Shown piece by piece: positions 35,542 to 48,276 of a DNA stretch of 64,000 nt. The notes beneath the pieces are model-generated. The model did no database searches, was not told the origin of the DNA, and saw only the letters and a program-made list of their open reading frames with translations. The translations under genes and the position numbers were made by a program. This DNA is from Octopus sinensis. Taxonomy: Eukaryota. Numbering within the stretch: position 1 is the stretch's first letter; every line of letters begins with the position of its first letter. The stretch lies in assembly GCF_006345805.1 (NCBI RefSeq), contig NW_021833438.1, positions 10,688 to 74,687 on the forward strand. The letters run 5' to 3'.

Positions 35542-35890
35542 TATACAGAGATAAACACATACGTATACATTGATGTATACGCATATTCGTTTCGATTAAC
35601 AAGTAATAGATGTGCATATCACTTTATTGGACGAATGTGTGTGTGACTCATTACAGTTTATTTGTATATATATATCCTACATATATACATATGTTGCCTG
35701 TATGTATTTGCACGGCTGTTGCAGTTTACAGTACGAGTTTTTCTTATTCCCGTGGGCAAACTTATAATTGTTATACGTCTTCTTCTACACAGGGATTCCA
35801 TTTTTTTGTAAACCCCACCACACTTTAAATGTGTCTTTGTTACATCTTCCACCCCCATCTGTCGTCCTGGTGGCAACTAAAAGAAATTAC

Positions 35891-35927
<37 letters not shown>

Positions 35928-36054
35928 TATGGGTTTTTCTTCTTCTTTCAAATTTGCTTCCATTTCTTGCCGAGTGTCTTCCCGACTCCTAGGCCAAAGA
36001 AACTCATAGTATACATTGGTAGGCCATTAAACTAAACTCACTAGTTCTATTATA

Positions 36055-36130
<76 letters not shown>

Positions 36131-36402
36131 TATTATTATTAATTATTATTATTATTATTATTATTATTTATGGGTTTTCCTTCTTTTTTCAAATTTGCTT
36201 CCATATCTTGCCGAGTGTCTTCCCGACTCCTAGGGCAAAGAAATTCATAGTATACATTGGTAAGCCATTAAACTAAACTCACTAGTTCGTTCATTTTTTT
36301 TTTTTTGAATGAAATAAAGTTAAATTAAAATACATGGGTAGTAATAGTTCTCACATCGACAATGCTCTTCTCAATACGTGTGATGTACCAGTTAAGACAA
36401 TC

Positions 36403-36407
<5 letters not shown>
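35928..36407 (-). mobile_element. Dong/R4-clade LINE 3' end with a duplicated 3' UTR, in (TAA)n
   Basis: Minus strand KKIVLTGTSHVLRRALSM-stop; the 3' UTR occurs twice, each copy ending in (AAT)n. Confidence 0.7.
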
Positions 36408-36434
<27 letters not shown>

Positions 36435-36436
<2 letters not shown>

Positions 36437-37125
36437 GGCAGTGAGCTGGCAAACATGCTGGGCAAAATGCTTAGCAGTATTTCGTCTGCCGCTACATTCT
36501 GAGTTCAAATTCCGCCGAGGTCGACTTTGCCTTTCATCCTTTCGGATTCGATAAATTAAGTACCAGTCACGCACTGGGGTCGATATAATCGACTTAATCC
36601 ATTTGTCTGTCCTTGTTTGTCCTCTCTGTGTTTAGCCCCTTGTGGGTAGTAAACAAATAGGCATTTCGTCTGTCTTTATGTTCTGAGTTCAAATTCCGTC
36701 GAGGTCGACTTTGCCTTTCATCCTTTCGGGGTCGATCAAATAAGTACCAGTTATGCACTGGGGTCGATATAATCGACTTAATCCATTTGTCTGTCCTTGT
36801 TTGTCCTCTCTGTGTTTAGCCCTTTGTGGGTAATAAAGAAATAGGTATTTCATCTGCCATTACGCTCTGAGTTCAAATTCTGCCGAGATCGACTTTGCCT
36901 TTCATCCTTTCAGGGTCGATCAAATAAGTACCAGTTACGCACTGGGGTCGATATAATCGACTTAATCCATTTGTCTGTCATTGTTTGTCCTCTCTGTGTT
37001 TAGCCCCTTGTGAGTAGTAAAGAAATAGGTATTATGTCCGTCTTTATGTTCTAAGTTAAAATTCTGCCAAGACTGACTCTGCCTTTCATCCTTTTGAGGT
37101 TGATGAAATAAATACCATCTACAGT
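36435..37125 (+). mobile_element. SINE family B tandem array of about four ~185-bp units
   Basis: One full head, then repeated units that restart upstream of the B box. Confidence 0.9.
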
Positions 37126-37214
37126 CTGGAGTCGATAAAATTGACAAAGCCAACTTAGCCAAAAATTCAGGCCATGCGCTGATAGTAGAAAGGGTCGTTA
37201 TTATTCAACGTCAT

Positions 37215-37550
37215 CATTTAGTGTCCGCTTTCCATGCTAGCATGTGTTGGACGGTGCAACTGGGGTCTGGGAAGCCAAAAGGCTGCACCAGGCCCAGTCT
37301 GATCTGGCAATGTTTCTACGGCTGGATGCTCTTCCTAACGCCAACCACTCCATGAGTGTAGTGGGTGCTTTTTACGTGCCACCGGCACAGGTGCCAGGCG
37401 AGGCTGGCAACGGCCACGATTGGGTGGTGATTTTTACGTGCCACCAGCATGGAAGCCAGTTGGGGTGGCGCTGGCAATGGCCACTTTTGGATGATTCTCT
37501 TATGTGCCACTACTGGCACTGGTATCCCAGCTCCAGTGGCACATAAGAGG
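37215..37550 (-). mobile_element. SINE-like family C
   Basis: Conserved body and internal units. Confidence 0.8.
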
Positions 37551-37554
37551 CGAG

Positions 37555-37736
37555 TTTCAATTCTGATTTCTTTTAGTCTTTTGGGTAGCATTTTGGGTGT
37601 TGTACTAAGTGCACCAATTACTACAGGAATAATTGTTGTCCTGGTCTTTCATAGACTCCTCAGTTCCTGATATTTCTCAACTTTTCAATTTCTCTAGTAT
37701 CGGCTACACTATCACAGGAGATTGCAATATCCACGA

Positions 37737-37740
<4 letters not shown>
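37555..37740 (-). pseudogene. R4/Dong restriction-like endonuclease fragment
   Basis: Frameshifted VDIAISCD..REIEKL and TIIPVVIGALSTTPKMLPKRLKEI. Confidence 0.6.
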
Positions 37741-37814
<74 letters not shown>

Positions 37815-37958
37815 TATTATATTATTATTATTATTATATTATTATTATTATATATTATTATTATTATTATTATATTATTATATTATTATTATGATTATTA
37901 TTATTATGATTATTATTATTATTATTAAAATATTATTATTATTATTATTATTATTATT
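37738..37958. repeat. (ATT)n microsatellite
   Basis: Seen directly. Confidence 0.95.
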
Positions 37959-38170
37959 AAGGCGGCAAGATGGCAGAATCGTTAGCATGACGGGTGAAAT
38001 GCTTGGCGTTATTTTGTCTGACACTACATCCTGAGTTCAAATTCCACCGAGGTAAACTCTGCCTTTCCTCCTTTCGGAATCGATAAATTAAGTACCAGTT
38101 GAATACTGGGTAGATGTGATCAACTTCCCCCTCCCCACAAAATCCAGTCCTTGGGTCGATAATAGAAAGG
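37959..38170 (+). mobile_element. SINE family B
   Basis: Head and central domain. Confidence 0.75.
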
Positions 38171-38210
38171 ATTATTATCATCATCGTCGTCATTGTTGTT
38201 GTTGTTATTG

Positions 38211-38542
38211 AGTGAGAGAGCGTAGTGCAGGCTCAAAAGGTCCCTGAATAAAAGTTGTTTAAGGATGTTGAGTGAAACACCCATGTTTCGTAAAGTGAAT
38301 TATCCAAACCCCAAAAATTCCTCTTAACACATGCTCTTGATCAGAGATGCACATATTGTCAACCACTAAGGGACATGCTCAGCTGGTTAAGGTCAAACAA
38401 CTGGCAAGCAAATCTGTGGTATTGAGCAGAATAATTGCTGTAGCCCATCTTTTATACAAAGACAAAACAATGTACATGAAAACATTTCCAATCAGTTAAG
38501 ATCAGAAACCATGAGAGCCAAAGCCTGGTATTGCATCAGGGC

Positions 38543-38544
<2 letters not shown>
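38211..38544 (-). mobile_element. Family E element, internally deleted
   Basis: Reverse complement of both ends of 4319-4875. Confidence 0.75.
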
Positions 38545-38576
<32 letters not shown>

Positions 38577-38577
<1 letters not shown>

Positions 38578-38990
38578 TTTCAATTGTATTTCCATTTTTT
38601 GCCAAGTGTCTTCCCGACACCTAGGGCACAGAAGCTCGCTCTTACATTGGTAAGCCATTAAAACAAACCCACCAGATTGTTAATTTATAAAGTCAAGGTA
38701 TGTGATTGAAAAAAAATAGAAAAAATAAGAAAGAAAAAGGAAAATATAAATAGAAAAAAATGAAAAATATTAAAAAATGAAGAAAAAGAAAACAAAGAAA
38801 AATGTGTAGGAAGGAAATAAAATTTACAGGGACAATGCTCTTCTCAGTATGTGTGTTGTACCAGTTAAAGCAATCTTTTGCCCTTCTTACATGGATGGTA
38901 AACCAAGGGTCATTCTCAAATAATTTTCAGTTCCTTTTTTAATCATTCCAAGTGCTCCTACAATCAATGGCAGTAATTTCATAGTATCTG
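38577..38990 (-). mobile_element. Dong/R4-clade LINE 3' end in (TAA)n
   Basis: LLPLIVGALGMIKKGTENYLRMTLGLPS..QKIALTGTTHILRRALSL-stop; UTR similar to 35928; (AAT)n tail. Confidence 0.75.
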
Positions 38991-39174
38991 TAGAATTTAT
39001 ATAAACAGATGAGTAATAGAAAATAGGTTAAACATCATTATGTAATATTACTCTTCAGTGGTGTCTATATATTGTTAAACCCATTGTACATTGGAGAGAT
39101 CTTATACTTAACATGTTTATTTACTGTCATCCATCAAAGTTATAAGATGTGATTATAAATGTTGATTATAGCTT

Positions 39175-39600
39175 TTGTACTCTAGGCACAAGGCCTGAAA
39201 TTTTGGGGGAGGGGGCCAGTTGATTTGATTGACACCAATATGCAACTGGTACTTAATTTATTGACCATGAAAGGATGAAAGTCAAAGTCAATCATGGTGG
39301 AATTTGAACTCAGAACATAATGGCAGATGAAATACCGCTAAGTATTTCGCCTGGCGTGCTAACGTTTCTCATTTCTTTATTGCCCACAAGGGGCTAAACA
39401 TAGAGTGGACAAACAATGACAGACAAAGGGATTAAGTCAATTGCATCGACCCCAGTGCGTAACTGGTACTTAATTTATCAACCCTGAAAGGATGAAAGGG
39501 AAAGTCGATCTCGGTGGAATTTGAATTCAGAACATCAAAACAGATGAAATACCGCTAAGCATTTTGCCTGGCATGCTAACGTTTCTGCCAGCTCGCCGCC
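39175..39600 (-). mobile_element. SINE family B dimer
   Basis: Two units on the minus strand. Confidence 0.8.
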
Positions 39601-39722
39601 TTATAAATGTTGATTATATCTCACCAATGTATAACAGGTTTAACGATGTGCAATAACAATTCAAGTAATTTTAAATAATGACATTCAATCTATTCTCAAC
39701 TGTTCATCTCTGTATGTATGTA

Positions 39723-40072
39723 TGTCATGATTCAGTTTATTTCAAGATTTTTTGCCAATAGAGAAAGAACCGGTTTCTAACCTAGATCTAGGAGTCCTTC
39801 ATTGGAATTTCAACATCAACAATAGGATATTTTTGTTTCTATGTATGTATGTGCAGATTTGTATGTTTTATGTATGTATTCTCATGCATATAGTTGCATA
39901 TCTAGACATGCTCATATATATTTAAATGATAAGCTTCTGAAAAGTTTTACAGATCATTACATTCTCAGTGATGGATTGGATCTGTAGTCTTCGAATTAGC
40001 TTTCTCCTTTCTGGTTTTGAGAAGCTTAATTTCTCAAGATTGGTATTTAGGCAGTGTGTTACTCATTCATCC
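39723..40072 (-). mobile_element. 3' fragment of the (TACA)n-associated R4-like LINE
   Basis: Collinear with 51015-51415; 3' end abuts (TATG)n. Confidence 0.8.
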
Positions 40073-40384
40073 ATACATATACATATGTAGACATACATAC
40101 ATACATATATACGTATATACATACATACACACAGACAGACAGTCAGACAATTACATACATTTTTGAAACTACAACACTGTCCAATGGCCATGATATATCT
40201 TAGGCGTTAATTACGTTTATTGCACAATAAAGTTTGGTAATGTAGTGTGTTTAGAGGGGTCTTCTTTCTTTAAGGAATATTACTGTTAATGAAATACATG
40301 TAACGTGACTTAATTAAATGATCTGTAAATCGAAATCTCCTGCTTTGTGTGTGTGTGTGTGTGTGCATATATTCACTTTTAACT

Positions 40385-40580
40385 TTACTTGTTTCAGTCA
40401 TTTGACTGCGGCCATGCAGAATCATCGCCTTTAGTCGAGCAAATCGACCTCAGGACTTATTCTTTGTAAGCCTAGTACTTATTCTATCGGCCTCTTTTGC
40501 CGAACCGCTAAGTTACGGGGACATAAACACACCAGCATCAGTTGTCAAGTAATGTTGGGGGGACAAACACAGACACACAA

Positions 40581-40638
<58 letters not shown>

Positions 40639-40823
40639 TATATATATACATACATATATACAATGGGCTTCTTTCAGTTTCCGTCTACCAAATCCACTCA
40701 CAAGGCTTTGGTCGGCCCGAGGCTATAGTAGAAGACACTTGCCCAAGGTGCCGCGCAGTGGGACTGAACCCGGAACCATGTGGTTGGCAAGCAAGCTACT
40801 TACCATGCAGCCACTCCTGCGCC
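40385..40823 (-). mobile_element. SINE family A, full length
   Basis: Head and tail present. Confidence 0.9.
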
Positions 40824-41379
40824 TATATATGTACATGCATATGTATGTATGCGTGTATATCTACATATTTTTTCACTTCATTTCTCTGGAACAGTAGCTC
40901 CTAAGAAAAATGCAATAACCTTGTGTATGATATAATTGTGGGAACAAATATAGCCAAAGATTGTTTAAATTTATCTCCCTTGACTTTTCAACAGACCTGA
41001 AATACTACTTACTCTTTTGCAGAAACTGAATGATGTCAGTTACTAACCATATAATAACTTTAACCGCTCTGTTAGAAATTACAATACTAAACGGTTTTCT
41101 AATATAATTGATTCAAATTCTGTCTCTATCTGTAATTATGACCATCTTAATACTTGTGTGCTTGGTGAAAAATGCAGAGTTAATAAATCAATTTTATTCC
41201 GTATACTTGGATGACAATTCGAAGCCCATGTCATATACTGAATTAACGGAACATAATTTTAAAGTTAGTTTTTATTGACACTGTCATTCCTTTATTAACC
41301 CGGAAAGAAATTCCTCATACATTATTTAAATGTATTTACTTTCTGAATACAAGCAGCTGAAATTGGGTTTCTCTGAAGG

Positions 41380-41740
41380 ATCTGTGTAGAAACACTACTC
41401 AACAGGGTTCAGAGCTTGAAGATCAGGGAGTTTCTCCTGGTTGAACAGCTACTTCTCTGCATTGATAGGTCAATGCACCAATAATACGGACATGTGATTA
41501 GAATGTTGTAAGTAAGAATCACAAGATGGATTCTTCAAGCCGAGTCGACCAACAGGAGACTCAGGGGTAGAATAAGGAGATGATTGAATAATATCCATAG
41601 TCTTAGGGTTAGGGTTAGGGTCAGCTGATCATGCATGGGAATCCAGCTGAAAAGTGTACTGATGTTTGCTTCTGATAAGAACCTATAGGGGAGGTGCCCT
41701 ACAACCTTTCCAAATATAGTAGGCGGAGAAGATGGTTGGA
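41380..41740 (+). pseudogene. Degraded RTE-like LINE C-terminal fragment containing (TTAGGG)3
   Basis: YGHVIRML*VRITRWILQAESTNRRLRGR from 41485. Confidence 0.5.
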
Positions 41741-42423
41741 AAGACGGTTTCTGGAAGAGACGTCCCTCTATAGGTTTAAGTTCACTTGCTCAGTGCAAGA
41801 ATTTGCGACATCTTGCAGACACAAAAGTTTTCACTCAAAAATAATTGCTATTTATGCTTGACAGAAAAAGCACTAATTTCATTCGAAATATTCCAAAGAC
41901 CTGAATATCCATGAACTTGTAAAAATGCTGCTCTGTGGCTGATATTTTACACTGTGTAACACTATTTTTATCCTTAAGAAGCAACTGTTATTCCCTATTT
42001 GTTTACTCCTAGAAACTATGAAAAATGGCTAATTTTTCCTTCAAATTTTGCTTTTGTTATATTTATTCAAACCTCCGAAAATCCTTCGTGACACATGGCT
42101 ATGATGCTCCCCCACTACTCCTGCTCATCATCAGAGATGCACATATTGTCATCAAGTGGTTAAAATGAAGCAACTGACAAGCAAAACTGTGGTAATGTGC
42201 TGAATATTTGCTATAATGATATTTCTCCTCCAGCAACTCGACACTGAATGTGTGTGAAACGTAATGAAAAATAGGCCAGTTTCAAACATTGATGTCCAGC
42301 TCAGAAAAATAAATTTTGAAGAGAATAATGGCCATTTCCTTTGATTTCTAGACAGAAACAGATAAGAAATAACACCGACCAAAAACAAATAAATAAATAA
42401 AGAGAAATTTTGTTACACAGTGT

Positions 42424-42590
42424 AGGCGCAGGAGTGGCTGTGTGGTAAGTAGCTTGCTTACCAACCACATGATTCTGGGTTCAGTCCCACTATGTGGCAC
42501 CTTGGGCAAGTGTCTTCTACTATAGCCTCGGGCTGACCAAAGCCTTGTGAGTGGATTTGGTAGAGAGAAACTGAAAGAAGCCTGTCGTAC

Positions 42591-42622
<32 letters not shown>

Positions 42623-42838
42623 ATATGTTTGTGTGTCTGTGTTTGTCCCCCAACATCGCTTGACAACCGATGCTGGTGTGTTTACATCCTCGTAACTTAG
42701 CGGTTTGGCAAAACAGACCGATAGAATAAGTACTAGGCTTACAAAGAATAAGTCCTGGTGTTGATTTGCTTGACTAAAGGCAGTGCTCCAGCATGGCCAC
42801 AGTCAAATGACTGAAACAAGTAAAAGAGTAAAAGAGTA
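42424..42838 (+). mobile_element. SINE family A, full length
   Basis: Head and tail present. Confidence 0.9.
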
Positions 42839-43282
42839 ATGTTATTATAATCCTCCAAATGGATAACACTTAAACGTTTACAAATTATCGAAGCTGTTCA
42901 ATCTCAGTTATTTTTATGGTATTTTCTAACTGAGTTATCTTTCAGACTGCGACCATGCTGGAGCACCGCGTTGAAAAGTTCCATTGAACAATCAGCTCCA
43001 ATACTTACATTTAAGCCTGGTATTTGTTCTAGTGATTTCTTTTGAAGAACTGCTAAGTTACGGGGATGTAAACACACCAACAGCGGTTTTCAAGCGATGG
43101 CAGAGGACAGTGACAATCGCAGACAGACAGACAGACAGACACACACACACATACTCTCTCTCTTTCACTCTCCCACACTCTCTCTCTCTCTGTCTCTCTG
43201 TCTCATACACACCCACACATATATGTATGCACACACACACACATGAATGCGCATGCATGCACACACATGTATGTATATATAT

Positions 43283-45420
43283 CATCATCATCATCATCAT
43301 TTAACGTCCGCTTTCCATGCTAGCATGGGTTGGACGGTTCAACTGGGGTCTGGGGAGCCCGAAAGCTGCACCAGTCCAGTCAGATCTGGCAGTGTTTCTA
43401 CAGCTGGATGCCCTTCCTAACGCCAACCACTCTGAGAGTGTAGTGGGTGATTTTATGTGCCACCGACACAGGTGCCAGACGAGGCTGGCAAATGGCCACG
43501 CTCGGATGGTGTTTTTTATGTGCCACCGACACAGGTGCCAGACGAGGCTGGCAAACGGCCACGCTCGGATGGTGTTTTTATGTGCCACCGACACAGGTGC
43601 CAGACGAGGCTGGCAAACGGCCACGCTCGGATGGTGTTTTTTATGTGCCACCGACACAGGTGCCAGACGAGGCTGGCAAACGGCCACGCTCGGATGGTGT
43701 TTTTTATGTGCCACCGACACAGGTGCCAGACGAGGCTGGCAAACGGCCACGCTCGGATGGTGTTTTTATGTGCCACCGACACAGGTGCCAGACGAGGCTG
43801 GCAAACGGCCACGATCGGATGGTGTTTTTATGTGCCACCGACACAGTGCCAGACGAGGCTGGCAAACGGCCACGCTCGGATGGTGTTTTTTATGTGCCAC
43901 CGACACAGGTGCCAGACGAGGCTGGCAAACGGCCACGCTCGGATGGTGTTTTTTTATGTGCCACCGACACAGGTGCCAGACGAGGCTGGCAAACGGCCAC
44001 GCTCGGATGGTGTTTTTTTATGTGCCACGACACAGGTGCCAGACGAGGCTGGCAAACGGCCACGCTCGGATGGTGTTTTTATGTGCCACCACAGGTGCCA
44101 GACGAGGCTGGCAAACGGCCACGCTCGGATGGTGTTTTTTTATGTGCCACCGACACAGGTGCCAGACGAGGCTGGCAAACGGCCACGATCGGATGGTGTT
44201 TTTTTATGTGCCACCGACACAGGTGCCAGACGAGGCTGGCAAACGGCCACGCTCGGATGGTGTTTTTATGTGCCACCGACACAGGTGCCAGACGAGGCTG
44301 GCAAACGGCCACGCTCGGATGGTTTTTTTATGTGCCACCGACACAGGTGCCAGACGAGGCTGGCAAACGGCCACGCTCGGATGGTGTTTTTTATGTGCCA
44401 CCGACACAGGTGCCGGACGAGGCTGGCAAACGGCCACGCTCGGATGGTGTTTTTTTATGTGCCACCGACACAGGTGCCAGACGAGGCTGGCAAACGGCCA
44501 CGCTCGGATGGTGTTTTTTTATGTGCCACCGACACAGGTGCCAGACGAGGCTGGCAAACGGCCACGCTCGGATGGTGTTTTTTATGTGCCACCGACACAG
44601 GTGCCAGACGAGGCTGGCAGACGGCCACGCTCGGATGGTGTTTTTATGTGCCACCGACACAGGTGCCAGATGAGGCTGGCAAACGGCCACGATCGGATGG
44701 TGTTTGTTACGTGCCCACAGCACGGAGGCCAGTCGATGCGGTACTGGCTACGGCCACATTCGGATGGTTTTCTTGTGTGCCACGTGCCACCGGCACTGGT
44801 ACCACAAAGATACAAATTCCATTGATGTTCATCTATTTTGATTTGTTTTGATTTTCACTTGCCTCAACAGGTCTTCACAAGTGTCACAAGAAGGAAGGTA
44901 AGCACAGGTGGACTGACTACGTCCCAGGTAAGGGCCACGGGTTATGGCCTGACTAGTCTTGCCGGGTCTTCGGATGGTGTTTTTATGTGCCACCGACATA
45001 GCTGCCAGATGAGGCTGGCGAACGGCCATGATCGGATGGTGTTTGTTACGTGCCCACAGCACAGAGGCCAGTCGGTGCGGTACTGGCTACGGCCACGTTC
45101 GGATGGTTTTCTTGTGTGCCACCGGCACTGGTACCACAAAGATACAAATTCCATTAATGTTCATCTATTTTGATTTGTTTTGATTTGATTTGATTTGTTT
45201 TGATTTGATTTTGATTTTCACTTGCCTCAACAGGTCTTCACAAGTATCACAAGGAGGAAGGTATGCACAGGTGGACTGACTACGTCCCAGGTAGGGGCCA
45301 TGGGATATGGCCTGACTAGTCTTGCCGGGTCTTCGGACGGTGTTTTTATGTGCCACCGACACAGGTGCTAGATGAGGCTGGCGAACGGCCACGATCGGAT
45401 GGTGTTTGTTATGTGCCCAC
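43283..45420 (-). mobile_element. SINE-like family C copy expanded by internal tandem arrays
   Basis: (CAT)n tail at 43283, body to about 43450, then 20 x ~63-bp units and two larger ~300-bp repeats. Confidence 0.9.
43452..44702. repeat. Minisatellite of 20 near-identical 60-66 bp units
   Basis: Unit ATGTGCCACCGACACAGGTGCCAGACGAGGCTGGCAAACGGCCACGCTCGGATGGTG(T)n; variation is mostly T-tract length. Confidence 0.95.
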
Positions 45421-45462
45421 AGCACACACATATATATATATATATATACACACACACACGCG

Positions 45463-45525
<63 letters not shown>

Positions 45526-45841
45526 GCACGCAGCTGGCTTCTTTCAGTTTCCGTCAACTAAAATCTATGACCAGGGCTGACAAAATTGGGATTGAACCCC
45601 ACATGACATATTTGGAAAGCAAGCATCTCAATCACACACCCATACATGAAAGTGCAATTACTATAAATCATTTACACAATTTATTGTATTTATTTATTTT
45701 ATATATTTTTCATTCGACATACATTTTGAATTTTTATCCATATACATGCAATAATTTTTTTCCATACACGCAATTTGTACCAATTTATTTTCTTTCACCT
45801 TCTTTCTTTTTTTTTTTTGTTCAGTATCTTTCTTTTCATAA

Positions 45842-46300
45842 AAGGCGGCGAGCTGGCAGAAACGTTAGCACGCCGGGCGAAATGCTTAGCGGTATTTCGT
45901 CTGCCGTTACGTTGTGAGTTCAAATTCTGCCGAGGTCGACTTTGCCTTTCATCCTTTCGGGGTTGATAAATTAAGTACCAGTTACGCACTGGGGTCGATG
46001 TAATCGACTTAATACCTATGTCTGTCCTTGTTTGTCCCCTCTGTGTTTAGCCCCTTGTGGGTAATAAAGAAATAGGTATTTCGTCTGCCGTTACATTCTG
46101 AGTTCAAATTCTACCGAGGTCAACTTTGCCTTTCATTCTTTCGGGGTCGATAAATTAAGTACCAGTTAAACACTGGGGTCGATGTAATCAGCTTAATCCC
46201 TTTATCTGTCCTTGTTGTTTGTTCCCTCTATGTTTAGCCCCTTATGGGCAATAAAGAAATAAGAAACATTAGCAAGCCAGGCAAAATGCTTAGCGGTATT
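45842..46300 (+). mobile_element. SINE family B tandem array
   Basis: Full head AAGGCGGCGAGCTGGCAGAAACG followed by repeated units. Confidence 0.9.
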
Positions 46301-46306
46301 TCATCT

Positions 46307-46500
46307 GTGGAGGCACATAGCCTAATGGTTAGAGCAGCGGACTCGTGGTTGAGGGATCGCTGGTTCGAATCTCAGACCAGGCGATGTTTGTGTTTATGAG
46401 CGAAACACCTAAGCTTCACGCGGCTCCAGCAGAAGGTAATGGCAAACTTCTGCTGAGTCTTTCGCCACAATTCTTTCCTCTTGCAGCCCACCTGCGACGG
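46307..46500 (+). mobile_element. SINE family F, 5' part
   Basis: TAGCCTAATGG (A box) and GGTTCGAATCTC (B box). Confidence 0.7.
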
Positions 46501-46749
46501 ACCAGCATCCCGTCCAAATGGGCAATCAAGAAATAAGTATTTCGTCTGTCTTTACGTTCTGAGTTAAAAATCTGCCTGAGGTCGACTTTGCCTTTCATCC
46601 TTTCATGGATCAATAAATTAAGTACCAGTTGCATCCTGGAATCAATTGAATCAACTGCCCCCCCCCTACCTCCAAATTTCGGGCCTTGTGCCTAGAGTAG
46701 ATAAGAATATCTTTCTTTTTGTCTTTTATACTTTAAATGTCTCACTCAT

Positions 46750-46935
46750 TGGTCTGCGGTCATGCTGGAGCACCACTTTGAAGGGCTTCATGGAATAGAT
46801 TGAGTTCCAAAACTTATTGCTTAATTCTGGTACTTATTCTTTTGGTTTCATTTGCCGAACTGCTAAGTTATGAGAACGTAAGCAAACCAATACAGGTTGT
46901 CAAGCAGTTGAGGGAGGACACAGAGACACACACAC
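46750..46935 (-). mobile_element. SINE family A, 3' part, diverged
   Basis: CATGCTGGAGCACCAC..TTTGCCGAACTGCTAAGTTA. Confidence 0.55.
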
Positions 46936-46941
46936 ATGTAG

Positions 46942-46978
<37 letters not shown>

Positions 46979-47035
46979 CACACATATATATTTATACATA
47001 CTATACATACATATATGTATGTATGTATGTATGTA

Positions 47036-47074
<39 letters not shown>

Positions 47075-47577
47075 GATTGATTGATTGATTCTAGTTTCAG
47101 CTTATGAGCTGTGGCCATGCTGGGGCACCGCCATTTATATATGAAAATACAATATGGGACAAGAATGCAAAACATTCAAATAGACGATACAAAAATACAC
47201 GGATGGGTCATTCGAAGCCTCCAATCTTCAGTCAAGAACCGGATCATCCTCGCAATTTCAGCTGATTAATCTTGCCCACTCACACATATACACATGTATG
47301 TGTATATGTGTGTGTAAGTGTGTGTATATATGTATATATATATATATTTCCTGAGCGTCATACTAATACAATTGTTTGTTTGTATTCCACCTGCCTTCGT
47401 CTTTTGTTTATTTCCGTAAACCTGCCTTCGTCTTTTGTCTATTTTCATAAAGCTTCCCGTTATATATATATATATATATATATATACTTTTACTCTTAAT
47501 TGTAGTTGTTTCAGTCATTTGACTGTGGCCATACTGGAGCACCGCCTTTAGTCGGACAAATCAACTCCAGGACTTAT

Positions 47578-48035
47578 TGGATATTGTCTTTCAGTTAGTG
47601 TTGTTCTAAGGTTTTGAAGACGAGGGTCCCGAGTATTTCTATCAGACACTAAATCCTTTTAGCTAAATCAAAGGGAATATTTGTTTTGATGTGTTTTGGC
47701 TGGCATGAACCAAACTGGAGATATTGCTTCGAGTCCATTGGTTTATGATAAATGTCAGTTATAATTTGGTTGTTGGCTTTTTTATCGTAATATCCAAGAA
47801 AGAGAGCTGTTCTTTGCTATATTCCACTATGAATTGAATGTTAGGATTTAGTATTGATTTAGTATTTAGTATTGATTTCAATTCCAAAAGTTTATCAATG
47901 GTCTCCTTCCAGTTCTCTGTTATATAGTGGTGAAATGGATATCCATGGACTAAAATCTTCCTAAGAAAATACGAAGTTACAATAATTTCAATGTCATGAT
48001 AAGCGAAAGCGAAACCAGTTGACAAACACAATATA
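47578..48035 (-). pseudogene. Penelope-like reverse transcriptase fragment (palm and thumb)
   Basis: NPNIQFIVEYSKEQLSFLDITIKK then ITDIYHKPMDSKQYLQFGSCQPKHIKTNIPFDLAKRI and RLQNLRTTLTERQY; frameshifted. Confidence 0.8.
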
Positions 48036-48090
48036 AAATATATAAAAAATTATATTAAAACTATGTAAAGTGTGTGTATTTTCTTTCTGT

Positions 48091-48139
<49 letters not shown>

Positions 48140-48276
48140 GGTGTTAGTGGTGTTATGGGCTGTGATGGAGCTATGTGGTGTTGGTGGAGGGGATTGCAGA
48201 TGAGGTGGACAGAAGTAGGGACTGCAGGGGTCTGTGACACAGGCACAGTGCATGTATGGGCAGGAAGCACATGTGG

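Noticed and set aside
43460-43520. HDV-like ribozyme in the family C unit (CCAG CCTCGT CTGG resembles P3/L3)
   Set aside because: No P1, P1.1, P2 or J4/2 could be paired
43452-44702. CRISPR-like array
   Set aside because: Units are contiguous with no unique spacers, lie inside a eukaryotic SINE, and have no cas genes nearby
43317-44851. 400-500 aa ORFs
   Set aside because: Frame-shifting read-through of the minisatellite; no protein domain
44880-44960. HDV-like ribozyme or U1-like CTTACCTGG in the family C upstream repeat
   Set aside because: L3 consensus is absent and the U1 match is only 9 nt
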